64,000 nt of DNA, taken from positions 12,836,001 to 12,900,000 of the forward strand of contig CM059433.1 in NCBI GenBank assembly GCA_030390025.1. Direction: 5' to 3'. Of the stretch, positions 1 to 13,329 are shown one piece after another; the stretch's first letter is position 1; the number at the start of each line of letters is the position of its first letter. The notes under the pieces are model-generated. The model saw nothing but the letters and a program-made list of their open reading frames with translations, had not been told where the DNA came from and searched no databases. The DNA is from Squalus acanthias (lineage: Eukaryota). The position numbers and the translations under genes were made by a program.

Positions 1-2118
1 CAGCCAGAAAAAAAAATTAAAGGATTGCTTTTCTGTGGAGCCGGAGGGATCTTCCTGGCTCCACAAAAAAAAACTGCGGGCCGTTGCCGGCCCCGGCATC
101 ACCCCACTGCGGCGTCCTCTCCCTCTCCCCCTCCCCCTCCCCCACCCCCTCCCCCTCCCTCGCCCCCTCACCCTCCCTCTCCCCCTCCCCCTCCCTCGCC
201 CCCTCCCTCGCCCCCTCCCCCTCCCCCTCCCTCTCCCCCTCCCCCTCCCTCTCCCCCTCCCCCTCCCTCTCCCCCTCCCCCTCCCTCTCCCCCTCCCCGC
301 CCCCTCCCCCTCCCCCTCCCCCTCCCCTCCCCCTCCCCCTCCCCCTCCCTCTCCCCTCCCTCTCCCCCTCCCCCTCCCCCTCCCTCTCCCCCTCCCCCTC
401 CATCGCCCCCTCCCCCTCCCTCTCCCCCCCTCTCCCCCGCCCCCTCCCCCGCCCTCTCCCTCGCCCTCCCCCGCCCTCTCCCCCCCCACCCCCTCCCCTC
501 CCCCCTCCCCCTCCCCCTCCCCCTCCCTCTCCCCCTCCCCCTCCCTCTCCCCCTCCCCCTCCCCCACCTCCACCCCCTCCCCCTCCCACTCCCCCGTCCC
601 CTCCCTCTCCCCCGCCCCCTCCCTCGCCCCCTCCCCCTCCCTCTCCCCCTCCCCCTCCCTCTCCCCCGCCCCCTCCCCCTCCCCTGCCCTCTCCCCCTCC
701 CTCTCCCCCTCCCCCGCCCTCTCCCCCCTCCCTCTCCCCCGCCCTCTCCCCCTCCCTCTCCCCCCTCCCACCCTCTCCCCCTCCCTCTCCCCCTCCCCCC
801 CCCCTCCCTCTCCCCCTCCCTCTCCCCCTCCCCCTCCCTCGCCCCCTCCCCCTCCCCCGCCCCCTCCCCCTCCCCCTCCCTCTCCCCCTCCCCCTCCCTC
901 TCCCCCTCCCCCTCCCTCTCCCCCCCTCTCCCCCCCCCTCCCCTCCCTCTGCCCTCGCCCTCCGCCCGCCTCTCCCCCTCCCTCGCCCCTCCCCCCCCCC
1001 GCCCCCTCCTCTCACTCCTCCCCCTCCCTCTCCCCCGCCCCCTTCCCCTCACCACCGCCCTATCACCCCTCCTCTCCCCCCTCTCCCCGCCTCCCTTCCC
1101 GCTCCCTCCCCCCTCCATCTCCTCTCCCCCTCCCCCTCCCCCCCCACCCCTCCCCCTCCTCTCTCCCCCCCTCCTCTCCCCATCCCCCTCCGCTCGCCCC
1201 CTCCCCCGTCCCCACCCTCCCCTCCATCTTCCCCCTCCCTCCTCCCTCTCCCCCTCCCCCCCTCTCTCCCCCGCCCCATCCCCAGCCCTCTCCCTCGGCC
1301 CTCCCCCGCCTCTCTCCCCTCCCTCTCGCCCCTCCCCGCCCCCTCCCTCTCCCCCTCCCCCTCCCTCTCTCACCCCCCCTCCCCCTCCCCCGCCCTCTCC
1401 CCCTCCCTCTCCCCCCCTCCCCCGCCCCCTCCCTCTCCCCCTCCCCCTCCATCTCCCCCGCCCCCTCCCCTCCCCGCCCTCTCCCCCTCCCTCTCCCCCC
1501 TCCCCCGCCCCCACCCTCTCCCCCGCCCCCTCCCCGCCCCTCCCCCTCCCCCTCCCCCTCCCTCTCCCCCTCCCCCTCCCTCTCCCCGCCCTCCCCCGCC
1601 CTCTCCCCCTCCCTCTCCTCCTCCCCCTCCCTCTCCCCCGCCCTCTCCCCCTCCCCCGCCCTCTCCCCTCCTCCTCCTCTCCCCCGCCCTCTCCCCCTCC
1701 CCCGCCCTCTCCTCCTCCCTCTCCCCCGCCCTCTCCCCCTCCCCCTCCCCCGCCCTCTCCCCACCCCCGCCCTCTCCCCCGCCCTCTCCCCCTCCCCCGC
1801 CCCCTCCTCCTCCCCCGCCCTCTCCCCCGCCCTCTCCCCCTCCCCCGCCCCCTCCCCTCCCCGCCCTCTCCCCCTCCCCCTCCCCCGCCCTCTCCCCCTC
1901 CCCCTCCCTCTCCCCCTCCCCCTCCCCCGAGGGACTACCGGCGGTCCTCTGCCAGCCGCCCAGCTGCCCGACGTTCCTGAGGTTGAAGACTGGTGAGCTG
2001 CATCCGGAGGCCCGAGTGCACCCACAGCTCGCCTGTCAAATTCAAATGAGGGCGGGCCACAAAAACCGCTGCGACCTCTTTGCTGCCGGAATGGCTGCCC
2101 ACAAGTCAAAATCGATCC
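1..2118. mobile_element. Probable Harbinger-type MITE hosting the C-rich repeat (left end outside window)
   Basis: GC-rich flanks; the motif tgtggagccggagg is shared with MITEs at 4028 and 52876; TIR-like end gtcaaaatcgatcc near 2118. Confidence 0.4.
117..1928. repeat. ~1.8 kb C-rich polypyrimidine simple repeat (CCCCCT/CCCT/CCCCG units)
   Basis: Almost pure C/T with scattered G and A; it produces all the spurious Pro- and Gly-rich ORFs. Confidence 0.95.
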
Positions 2119-2164
2119 ATGTGAATTTTGCTATGAAATTAAATTATGATCGTTGTAATAGAAA

Positions 2165-2568
2165 AGCACTGGGTAACGCAGTGGGTTGGACATGGGTCTT
2201 TCGCATTTGGGACCAGTGTTCAAATTCATCCAGACTAACAGGATGAAAGTCTTCTCTGTGCACTGATCGTTTAGTGTCCTATGTTAAATCAGGCTCTACT
2301 CAGTGTCTAATGGGCATGAGCCCGTAGCACAAAAATGGCATTAATTGGAACTAAATTGGCAATCTCACTTAAGATTTCTGATGTAGGAAAATGTTACACT
2401 GCAGCAGTATTGGTTGCTCTTCTTAAGTTGGAGCTGAGGTGTGGCAGAGCAAAGGTAACATCAAATAATGCTATACCTATTGCGTGATGCTGATACTGGG
2501 TACCCAAGGTGATAGTGCCCCATTCCCCAGCATTAAAATTGCCTCACTTTGATGAGAACTAAATTCAC
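2165..2568 (+). mobile_element. Degenerate LF-SINE-like tRNA-derived SINE
   Basis: B-box-like GTGTTCAAATT. Blocks tttagtgtcctatgttaaatcag, cacaaaaatggcattaattggaactaaattggca and the terminal tttgatgagaactaaattcac resemble the LF-SINE consensus as recalled, in the expected order. Confidence 0.55.
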
Positions 2569-3562
2569 GCCAAAGAAAAAATCCTTTAAACTCTGGTTTC
2601 TGGTTTTAATTTTTATGTCCATTTGAAAATAGTCGGCAGTTTATTATAACAGCAACGTTCGTGAAAGAAAATCTGAGGCCGCTTTTTCTTATTTGTCTCC
2701 CCCTTAGTCCTCAACCCACTGGATGATGCGGGAGCATGGTCCCATGAGTGTTGGCAATCCTTGGATACCTTGCCCATTCTCCATATGTGACCTGTGACAG
2801 CGAATGTTGAGTGTATTTGCTGGGGGTATCACGGTTGAGCTCAACCATCATCTACATGCAAGAAATTTCATGGGGGGGGGGGCGGGGGTGGGATCACAGG
2901 ATACCGATCAGGAGTGGAAACCATGGCCGATTTTACCCCTCCCTAATTCTGGGGCTAGGTCTTGCACCTCAATGCCCCCACCCTGCTCCTGATGAGCTCA
3001 GCGAACTTAGAACAGATCGATAGCTCAAAAGTTGTCCTTTCCTGGTGTGACCGAGCAGTGCCATTACGTGCTGAGCCATCAAAGAACCTGTTTCTGATGA
3101 CATTTTTCAACCCTAAAAAAATGATCAGTGACTCGGAGATGTATTGTAGGTTTGAATGTTTTTTTTTTCCATTATTAAAATCATTTCTGTTAAAATAATG
3201 TTGTGCCATCCAAAAAGTGCATGGAATCATAACTACGGGCTCTGTTCTTTCACTAATTATAAATTGTTTAGACACTAGGGAAGTATGAAGACTGGAGAGT
3301 AAATTTTCTGCTCCAGGGTTCCTGGTGCCAAAGCCCGCCTGGCAGGGACATTAGTTATGGACAGCAAATCACAGGCTGGAGCTGCGTAATTTCCCAATAT
3401 GTACTCCCAATGGGGGCAGGTCCACACTGGGAACACTGAAATGGAAAATTTGCCCTTATAATTTACACTGTAGATATCTTGTCTTGTGAACAAAGTGTAA
3501 ATTCTTCAGCGACTATATAAGAAACACAGATCCTAGTAATTTACATATCTCTTTCATTTTAG

Positions 3563-3774
3563 GCCTATGTGTTTTGTTAAGCAGCTCGAGATCCCACAGT
3601 ATGGCTACAGACACAATGTTTCCACCACCACGCCTCGGTCTAACCTGGCAAAAGAGCTGGAGAAATATTCTAAGACGACATTTGAATATAACAACTACGA
3701 CAACCAAGTTTTTGGAAAACGAGCTATTGCTCCCAAAGTTCAGGCCAGGGATGCATCTCCCAAAGGGTATGACG
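3563..3774 (+). CDS. MYT1L: MYT1L internal coding exon (MYT1 domain region)
   Basis: Encodes (R)[70 protein letters not shown], which fits vertebrate MYT1L better than MYT1 or ST18. Acceptor tttcattttAG ends at 3562; donor GTAAGA starts at 3775. Confidence 0.93.
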
Positions 3775-4027
3775 GTAAGAAAAGTGATGCTTTTTAATAT
3801 TATGTAAGAACAGCAATAACTAACGTGTTTTACAAAGAAAATTGTTTTCAGTCACCAAAACGAAGCAGGCCTTGTATTTGCAGTTTATGTTGCATTCTGT
3901 TTGTCAGCATTACTGACGGTTCTTTCAGACACTATATCTGGCTAAAACTACCCGTGATTATAACATCACCCTAAGGACCTTTCAAGCACAATAGCAATGG
4001 AAATTGTAGATACTGTTAAAACATAAT

Positions 4028-4584
4028 GGGGGGTGAAATTGGACCTCATTGTGCCCGTTTTCTAGGCAGAGGTCCAATTTGGAAGGTCAAGCTCCTGCAC
4101 CCGAATAGCGTTGAAAACACGTCCGGTGCCATATTGGATCGGGCGCTGTCGAGGCATCCCTGGCGGCCACCTAAAGCAAGCTTTAGGCCCCTTGACTATG
4201 CTAATAAGGGGCCTAACTCCTGTTTTAATTATGCTGCGCTCGGGATTACCAGGTCCTCATGCAGTCTAACCAGCGCTCCTTTAAGGAACCGCTGGAGAAC
4301 GCCACCAAAAAGGTACGTTTTTTAAAAAAAAAATACTTACCTGAATGTGGAGCCGGGAGGAGAGCTCCGCATTAAAACCACAGACTGCTGCCAGCCACTG
4401 CTCGCTCCCTCTCCCGGATTCGCCCTTTGGGGATGCGACTGGTGCCTGCAGCTCACCATTAATAAATAAATAAGGCCGTGGGACCAATCTGCTGTGGTCC
4501 TGCCGGCGGCCTCTTTAGGCGCGTGCAGTGCGCACTGCAGCCGTATTGTGCCCCGAATTGTGTGCGATTCCAATTTCAAATGCC
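4028..4584 (+). mobile_element. Harbinger-type MITE (same family as 52876-53590)
   Basis: Ends GGGGGGTGAAATTGG...CCAATTTCA; the internal segment ggaaccgctggagaacgccaccaaaaaggta...tgtggagc matches the reverse complement of 53240-53310. Confidence 0.6.
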
Positions 4585-5507
4585 TTCTGCAAGTTCGGAT
4601 ACTGAAGGAAAGCAATAATCATGTAGAAAAGTAAAACAATTAAAAAATAGGAAATAATGCTTGTATATATGTCATATTTGGAAAACTTGTCTTCATAGTG
4701 ATTGTATTATTCTGTATTACATTATTATATAAATTAAGGAGACATCACTGAGATGTGACATTTAATGGTTTTCTGATAAGAAAACATCTTTCATTTCCAG
4801 AGGACTGTATTATCCCAGGGACACCTGATGAAATTTGACAGCAAAAAAAATGTAAGAAGGTGAACAGTGAAATGGATTCGTTGACAGCTTTAGTTTAGCC
4901 CTGGAGGAACAACCTCTCCTCATAGTACAAAAGTGCCAAAATAGTCAAATGCAGTGCAGAATCTTTTCTGCCGTGTGGTCAAGATTAAATTGTCACAGCA
5001 GTCAGGTTGGTGTTCCTTATGACTGCTGGCTATGCGTGTGAACCCGGTTTGATGCATTCTGACAAGAGATTTGTATTAGAACTGTCCTGCTTCTTGAATA
5101 GTCACTTCTGTAATGGAAACAAAGAACCTTGGCAAAGAGAGCAAAGGACAGGAGCAATTAAAGTGGGGCAGGCCGAAGAAGGGCCCGTACAACAATAAAT
5201 TAGAAACAGGCAGCATAGATTTATAAGACCACAGCCTGAGGGTGGCCTTTGCTAAATCCAGAGTTTTGTTAGGCCGGAGCTCAGTGCAGTAAGGTCCAAT
5301 TGTATACTCTTTTTTTTTTCTCCCAACAGAGATTGGATAAAAATGGAGAGTGCTTTTCCTCTGCTGCACTGGGCCTTGTACAGCCTCAGTGACGTCACAT
5401 CTATTAGAATGCTGCCTAGTTCCCCTCTGTTTATCCCTATTACATCACAGGGTAGTCTCCAGTGGGAGGTAACAGGGTCCCTCATATAAGAATGCAGTGG
5501 AAAATTT

Positions 5508-6193
5508 AAGAACATAAGAATTAGGAGCAGGAGTTGGCCACAGGGGCCCTCGAGCTTGCTCCGCCATTCAATAAGATCATGGCTGTTCTTCGACCTCAAC
5601 TCCACTTTCCTGCCCGATCTCCATATCCCTTGATTCCCCTAGAGTCCAAAAATCTATCTATCTCAGCCTTGAATATACTCAACAACTCAGCATCCACAGC
5701 CCTCTGGGGCAGGGAATTCCAAAGATTCGCAACCCTCTGAGTAAAGAAATTCCTCCTCATCTCAGTCTTAAATGGCCGACCCCTTATCCTGAGACTATGC
5801 CCCCTAATTCTAGACTCTCCAGCCAGGGGAAAAAACCTCTCAGCATCTACCCTGTCAATCCCCCTCAGAATCTTATATGTTTCAATGAGATCACCTCTCA
5901 TTCTTCTGAACTCCAGAGAGTGTAGGCCCATTCTACTCAATCTCTCCTCATAGGACAACCCTCTCATCCCAGGGATCAATCTAGTGAACCTTCGTTGCAC
6001 CGCCTCTAAGGCCAGTATGTCCTTCCTCAGATAAGGAGACCATAACTGTACCCAGTACTTCAGGTGTGGTCTTACCAAGGCCCTGTACAATTGGAGCAAG
6101 ACTTCCTTACTCTTGTACTCCAACCCCCTTTGCAATAAAGGCCAACAATCATTTGCCTTCCTAATTGCTTGCTGTACCTGCATGCTAACTTTC
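5508..6193 (-). mobile_element. CR1 LINE 3' fragment
   Basis: C-terminal ORF2 residues LYRALVRPHL...RRNFFTQRV, CR1 3' UTR and (AAGAACAT)n tail. Confidence 0.92.
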
Positions 6194-7739
6194 TTTTTGT
6201 CATTAGAGTAACAGCAATGTATTTAGGAATATCTCATTGTCAGGTTTCGTTTTCCTGAATCAGTAGGTGAAACCAATTACAAGCAAATCTGTGTTGCTTG
6301 TTTCGGTATAAATTAAGAGAGAATTTCTACAATCAGAAACTTTGGGTTTAATCAGCAAAATAAATCTGGAAGAAACAAATGAAATACTTGAAATAATAAA
6401 CACTTACAACAGCCTTTACAAAGTACCGTGCTAAAAGCAGCTGACGTGCTTCACTCACTCCACTCTCAGTGCCTCCTCCCTGACGCATCTTCATTCAGCC
6501 ATCTCTGTGTGATCTAGGCGACTGAAGGGGCACTCTGCATCGATGCTGCCTGTCACTATGGAGGGAAGATGAAGCATACCCCTGTGCCAAATGGAGAAAG
6601 CTGCCACACGTATCACACCAGAACTGCAGTATGCCAACATTGACGTTTCCAGGTTTTTTGTCAGGTTTAACCCTAATTTTGGAATTCAGCCTTCTGCGGA
6701 GGGGGTGAGGGGGTAATAACACTAAAATCAGAAGGCTTAATTAAATGTACTGGAGGATGCAGTGCACGAAGTAATCAAACGCCCTTTGAAACAAGAGTTT
6801 AGTACACTGATTTTTTTTCATTCAAATCGAGATAATACGACGTTAATTTACATTTTTAGTAAAAAATTAGAAATTCTCTTAGTATTCTGAATTTTAAAGG
6901 AAAATCCCAAACAGATGTCTTATCTTTGTTACATTAACTAATATAACAGTGGAAACATACAATTATCAAATATGAATGTACATTTTTGAGGTTGCCAGCA
7001 TCCTGGACCAATGCTTTGGCTGTGCCCATTTGATTGCCCGAGGGAGATTGCCCAAGCCAATATGGACAGCTAGGAAATGAGGTCCAGCATAGATATCAAG
7101 CAAAGTTGGGAAGACCTGAAGTGGCACATAAACGTACCATGCCAAATCAGCCAAGCCCAGTGGAGGAGAATCATCTGCTCAGTAGGTTTGCCCAGAAGTG
7201 GTTGGGGGGGACAAGAAGGTCATGCACCCTCAGATGCCAAGCGAGACTGGAAGAGTGATTTTAATATACGACAGCTGCATGTTTCTGGCATAACACCATT
7301 TTCTGACACATGTCCTCATTATGGATGGTGGTCTGAGAGTCACATATGTGCAATCAGTAGGACTCTCGACAGTTGTAAAGCCTGCCATTTAATTGAAATC
7401 ATAGTTGGCTTGCTGTTGCTCCTGCTGTGACCCAGGAATCCAGATACTGAGATGTGCTCGCCTGAGAGCATCTGTCACCTAAGACATGCAGCATGACATG
7501 GATGGCTAACTGACTGAGTTTCCCTGCACGGCATCCTTATTAAACCTATACCTCCTGATGACTTGGGAACCTGTCCAATCCTGAAATATTACTGTGGTAA
7601 ACACCAGCACGTCTGAAAGAGGGGTCTTGCTGACATTTCTCAGTGCTGTGTTAGGTGAGCATTAAGAAAAGAAGGGTCATTTTTTGGAGACGTGAATAAA
7701 TATCAAGTTAATGTGTTACTGATTTCTGCTAAATTACAG

Positions 7740-8470
7740 GGGGGGAAATTAGGTGGCGCCCCTTTTGGAGCGCTAACGTCACCTTAGCACCCCGAAAAAG
7801 TTAGCGCCCCTCCACCGTAAATTTAGTCGTAGCGCCCCAAGCAGGAGGTGGGGCGCTCCTGGGAAGCACTCCACCTCCTGCTTAGGGCGCTACTACTGAA
7901 GTTCGCAGCATGACGTGCAACAGCGCCACGCGCGTCGGCACGTAGCGCCGTGGTATTGCCGGCCTCCCTCCCCTGATTAAAGGGGAGGGGCCTAGCGCTG
8001 TGCGCACCGGGGCCCTGCTGGACCACCGGGGAGCGGGGTGCTGTGAAAACAGCCCGGCACTCAAGAGGAGCGCCGGGCTGAGCGATCGCGGCCGGGACCC
8101 CGCATAAAAAAGTGAAAGGGGGCAGGTGCTGGCAGTCGGCCAAAATAAAAATGGCCGCCCGACGCCTGCCCTTTAACTTGCGCTGCCACCGCTTCAAAAA
8201 TGCCCCCCTGATCCTGTCGGACATATTGTCCGGCGATAGATCAGGGGGCGCAAGGGAAGTATGCGGCAGGGGTGCGAGCGGGGCGCTGTGCACGCCGATG
8301 ATGTCATCACCGGCGGTGTGGCACCACGGGACGCTACTGACGACCGCCGCCGCTAATCTCCTGCTGAATTTCACAGGAGGCGTTAGCGGCACCGCACCCG
8401 GACGCTAGGGGATTTGCGCCCCGTCAGCCCTCCCTAACGGGAGGCGCAAACCAAACCAATTTTTCCCCCC
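7740..8470 (+). mobile_element. GC-rich Harbinger-type MITE, 731 bp
   Basis: TIRs GGGGGGAAATT...AATTTTTCCCCCC; 3-bp TSD CAG; homologous to 18784-19343 and 55515-56211. Confidence 0.82.
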
Positions 8471-9616
8471 CAGGAGCTTAAAGTTTCTATATTTGAAATT
8501 TTCTCCAGATTGCAGCTTGCAGATCAGCAAGCTTTAATAAATGGCAGATAAAAAATAGTTTGCGTACATCTATTTCAGTTTGAATCCTTAACAGTCAGAC
8601 ACATCAACACTTCTGCAGTTGGAGCATTATTTTCACAATTCTTATCGAGTGACTAATTCCCTTCCAGAATGGCTTCTACGGAAAAAAAATCCCACTTTGT
8701 GGATCCATGAATGCTTCATGAATAGACTCCAGTTGCTATTTTAGTACAAGAGTTGAAGCTTTTAGTGCAAAATGGTGTTTTTTTTTAAAAATAATACAGG
8801 AATGACAAGGCAGCTATTAGATTAGCACGAGATTACCTGTGTATGGGGTTGAACAGACCGGTGGTTACAGGGAAGAACCAGGTAAAAATAAAACGGGAAA
8901 CTTCAAAAACCCAGAGCTGTCAATTTAAGAGGAGTATTGTAAGACTGTAGGGGAATGCTGCTCACAAGGAAAAGCAGCATTGGGAACGCTGGTGTTCATT
9001 AATAATGTAATAAGTATTCCGGCTATATTTGTGGGGGAGTTTGAATCAGAAGTTAATTTATAACAGTCGTGTGAAAAGAGGTGCAATGTTGAATCTGATT
9101 AATGTGGTATTTAGCTCTGTTAAAAAAAAAGCAATACATATTTGTGTGCAAATAAATTGAAAGGTACAGTCTGAGGTACAGATAGGTACTTGGAAATCTT
9201 GGCTGGTGAGCAGTTGGGATTACGTGAGTTGTTTGAATTGAGAAACGTGATTTATGAGAAAAATACTGCAGTAGAAAGAATTGAGATGGTGCTAAAGTGA
9301 ACTTAGTCATGTTTATTATACCTAAAATAATGAACTTTGCTTTTTCTAATGCACGTGGCACCTCTCCTTCCCAATATTTCAGTTTAGGTGTGTAGAGTTG
9401 CAAGGAGGGTGTGCAAACAGTGGGGGGCTTTAAAATTGATTACTAGATGGCCCATTTTAGAACCCGTCCAATTATCATCATGCTGACATTAATGGAAGTG
9501 AAAATCATGCAGGTTTAATAACAGGCGATCCTCTACCACTTTACCACCCAAGCGCTGAAGGTGAAAATTAGTAGCGAGCCTGACCTCGTATCGGGCCTCC
9601 CTGTGCGGGAACATTC

Positions 9617-12600
9617 GCATAAGAACATAAGAAATAGGAGCAGGAGTCGGCCATTCGGCCCCTCGAGCCTGCTCCACCATTCAGTAAGATCATGGCTGAT
9701 CTTCTACCTCAACTCCACTTTCCTGCACAATCCCCATATCCCTTGATTCCCTTAATATTCAAAAATCTATCGATCTCTGTCTTGAATATACTCAATGACT
9801 GAGCCTCCACAGCCCTCTGGGGTAGAGAATTCCAAAGATTCAACATTCTCTGAGTGAAGAAATGTCCTAATTGCTTGCTGTACCTGCATGTTAACTTTCA
9901 GTGATTCGTGTACAAGGACACCCAAGTCCCTCTGAACACCAACATTTCCCAATCTCTCACCATTTAAAAAATACTCTGCTTTTTTATTTTTCCTACCAAA
10001 GTGGATAACTTCACATTTCTCCACATTATATTCCATTTGTCATGTTCTTGCCCACTCATTTAGCTTGTCTATATTCCCTTGAAGCCTCTTTGCATCCTCC
10101 TCACAATTTACATTCCTACCCAGCTTTGTATCATCAGAAAACGTGGATGTATTACGTTTGGTCTTCTCATCCAAATCTGATCCAAAATTAATATAGATTG
10201 TGACTAGCTGAGGCCCAAGCACTGATCCTTGCGGTACCCCACTTGTTACAGCCTGCCAACCCGAAAATGACTCATTTATTCCTACTCTCTGTTTTCTGTC
10301 CGTTAACCAATCCTCAATCCATGCTAGTATATTACCCCCAATCCCATGAGTCCTAATTTTGTTAATAACCTCTTGTGTGGCACCTTATCGAATGCCTTCT
10401 GAAAATCCAAATACACCAAATCCACTGGTTCCCCTCTATCTATTCTGCTAGTTACAACCTCAAAAAACTCTAACAGATTTGTCAAACACGATTTCCCTTT
10501 CATAAATCCATGTTGACTCTGCCCAATCCTATTATAATTTTCTAAGTGCCCTGTTACCACATCCTTAATAATAGATTCTAGCATTTTCCCTACTACTGAT
10601 GTCAGGCTAACTGGTCTGTAGTTCCCAGTTTTCTCACTCCCTCCTTTCTTAAATAGTGGGGTTACATTTGCTACCTTCCAATCCGCGGGAACCATTCTAG
10701 AATCTATGGAATTTTGGAAAATGACAACCAATGCATCCACTATCTCTATAGCCACCTCTTTCAAAACCCTAGGATGTAGGCCATCAGGTCCAGGGGATTT
10801 ATTGGCTTTCAGTCCCATTAATTTCTCCAGTACTTTTTTTTACTAATACTAATTTCTTTCAATTCCCCATTCTCGCTAGAGCCTTGATTCTCCATTATTT
10901 CCGGGACATCCTTTTTGCAGAATGGCAGCAGCCGGGAATGGGACCGGAATCCGCCAACCACCTCTCCCGCTGCGATTCCGCCTCCGCTGGCGAAATCGCG
11001 GCCAAAGTATTTGTTTAATTTCTCTGCCATTTCCTTATTCCCCATTATAATTTCTCCTGTCTCAGTCTGTAAGGGACCCACATTTACTTTCGCTAATCTT
11101 TTCCTTTTTACATACCTAAAGAAGCTTTTACAGTCTGTTTTTATGTCTCTCATTAATTTACTCTCATATTCTATCTTCGCTTTCTTTATCAATTTCTTGG
11201 TCTTCCTTTGCTGTATTCTAAAATCCTCCCAATCCTCAGGCTTACTATTCTTTTTGGCAACATTATAAGCCTCTTTCTTTGATCTAATACTATCTTTAAC
11301 TTCTCTTGTTAGCCACGGTTGGACCACTTTTCCTGTGGGGTTTTTGTGCCTTAAAGAACATCACATAAGAACATAAGAAATAGGAGCAGGAGTAGGCCAA
11401 TCGGCCCCTCGAGCCTGCTCCGCCATTCAATAAGATCATGGCTGATTAACCGAGTGAACCTTTTTTGCACTGCCTCGAGAGCAAGGATGTCTTTCCTTAA
11501 GTAAGGACACCAAAACTGTATGCAGTATTCCAGGTGCGGTCTCACCAATACCTTGTACAACTGAAGCAATACCTCCCTATTTTTATATTCTATCCCCCTA
11601 GCAATGAAAGCCAACATTCCATTTGCCTTCTTAATCACTTGCTGCACCTGCATACTAACCTTTTGAGTTTCGTGCACCAGGACCCCCAGATCCCTTTGCA
11701 CTTCAGTACTCTCCAGTTTCTTGCCATTAAGATAATAAATTGCTCTAGGATTTTTCCTGCCAAAGTGCATCACCTCACACTTTCCAGTGTTGTATTCCAT
11801 CTGCCAAATCTCTGCCCACTTACTTAGCCTGTCTATGTCCCCTTGCAGGTTTTTTATGTCCTCCTCACTCACTACTTTCCCTCCCATCTTTGTATCATCT
11901 GCAAATTTTGATATGTTACACTTGGTCCCTTCCTCCAAATCGTTAATATAGATTGTAAAGAGTTGGGGACCCAGCACTGACCCCTGTGGAACACCACTAG
12001 TTACTGATTGCCAGTCTGAGAATGAACCATTTATCCCAACTCTTTGCTTTCTGTTAGATAGCCAATCCTCTATCCATGCCAGAATATTACCCCCAATCCC
12101 GTGATTTTTTACCTTAAGCAATAATCTTTTGTGTGGCACCTTGTCAAATGCCTTTTGGAAGTCTAAATACACTACGTCCACTGGTTCCCCTTTATCCACT
12201 CTATATGTTACTTCCTCAAAGAACTCCAGCAAATTTGTCAAACATGACTTCCCCTTCGTAAAACCATGCTGACTTTGTCCTATTAAATTATGATTATCCA
12301 AATGTCCTGTTACTGTTTCCTTAATAATGGACTCCAAAATTTTACCTACCACAGATGTTAGGCTAACCGGTCTATAGTTACCAGCCTTCTGTCTACTGCC
12401 CTTTTTAAATAAGGGTGTTACATTAGCAGTTTTCCAGTCTGCCGGGACCTTAGCGGAATCCAGGGAGTTTTGAAAAATTATTACCAATGCATCTACAATC
12501 CCTACCGCCACTTCCTTCAAGACTCTAGGATGTAAGCCATCAGGTCCAGGTGATTTATCCGCCTTGAGTCCCATTATTTTACCGAGTACCACTTCCTTAG

Positions 12601-13298
12601 TGATTTTGATGTATATTTGTTGTAAATTATGTATTAATTCTTTAAATGCTAGCCATTGCTTCTCTACCATCATACCTTTTAATGTAGTTTCCCAATCTAC
12701 CTTAACCAGCTCTCCCCTCGTGCCTATGTAGTTTGCTTTGTTTAGATTTAAGACCCTAGTTTTGGATTTAACAAAATCAGTTTCAAAATCAATATAAAAT
12801 TCTATCATATTATGGTCACTCTTCCCGAAAGGCCCCTTTACTACAAGGTTATTAATTAACCCTTTCTCATTGCACAATACTAGATCTAAAATAACCTGTT
12901 CCCTAGTTGGTTCCTCAACATACTGATCTAGAAAACTATCTTGCATACATTCCATGAATTCGTCCTCCACACTATTAATGCAAATTTAGTTTGCCCAGTC
13001 TATATGTATTACTGTATTACCCTTGTTACATGCACCTCTAATTTCCTGATTTATACTCTGCCCTACATTATAACTACTGTTTGGGGGCCTATAAACAATT
13101 CCCACCAATGTTTTCTGCCCCCTGCTGTTTCTTAACTCCACTCAAACTGATTCTACTTCTTGATTTTCGGAGGTAAGATCCTTTCTCTCTACTGTCTTTA
13201 TCCATCCTTTATTATCAGGGCTACCCCTCCTCCTTTTCCATTTTGCCTATCTCTTCTAAAAGTTAAGTATCCTGGAATACTTAGTTCCCAACCTTGGC
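9617..13298 (-). mobile_element. CR1 LINE (EN-RT ORF2, frameshifted) with a nested CR1 and a Harbinger-end insert
   Basis: EN motif GKSDHNMIEF; RT motifs GNYRPVSLTS, DFQKAFDKV, FSDDTK; tail at ~9620; internal deletion near 9862. Confidence 0.92.
11352..12610 (-). mobile_element. 5'-truncated CR1 nested in the host CR1
   Basis: Has its own tail (cataagaacataagaa) at ~11355-11380 and a second RT region. Host ORF reads ...QQIYI on one side and PLRHKNPTGKVVQPWLT on the other. Confidence 0.85.
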
Positions 13299-13329
13299 CA
13301 CACTGTTATTAGCTTGGTTAAAACCAGGA

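Noticed and set aside
17..2246. Long Pro-rich and Gly/Arg/Glu-rich ORFs (up to 720 aa)
   Set aside because: Open in all frames because the C-rich repeat lacks stop codons; intronic.
5390..5397. CRE site TGACGTCA
   Set aside because: A single 8-mer is expected by chance in 64 kb; no supporting context.
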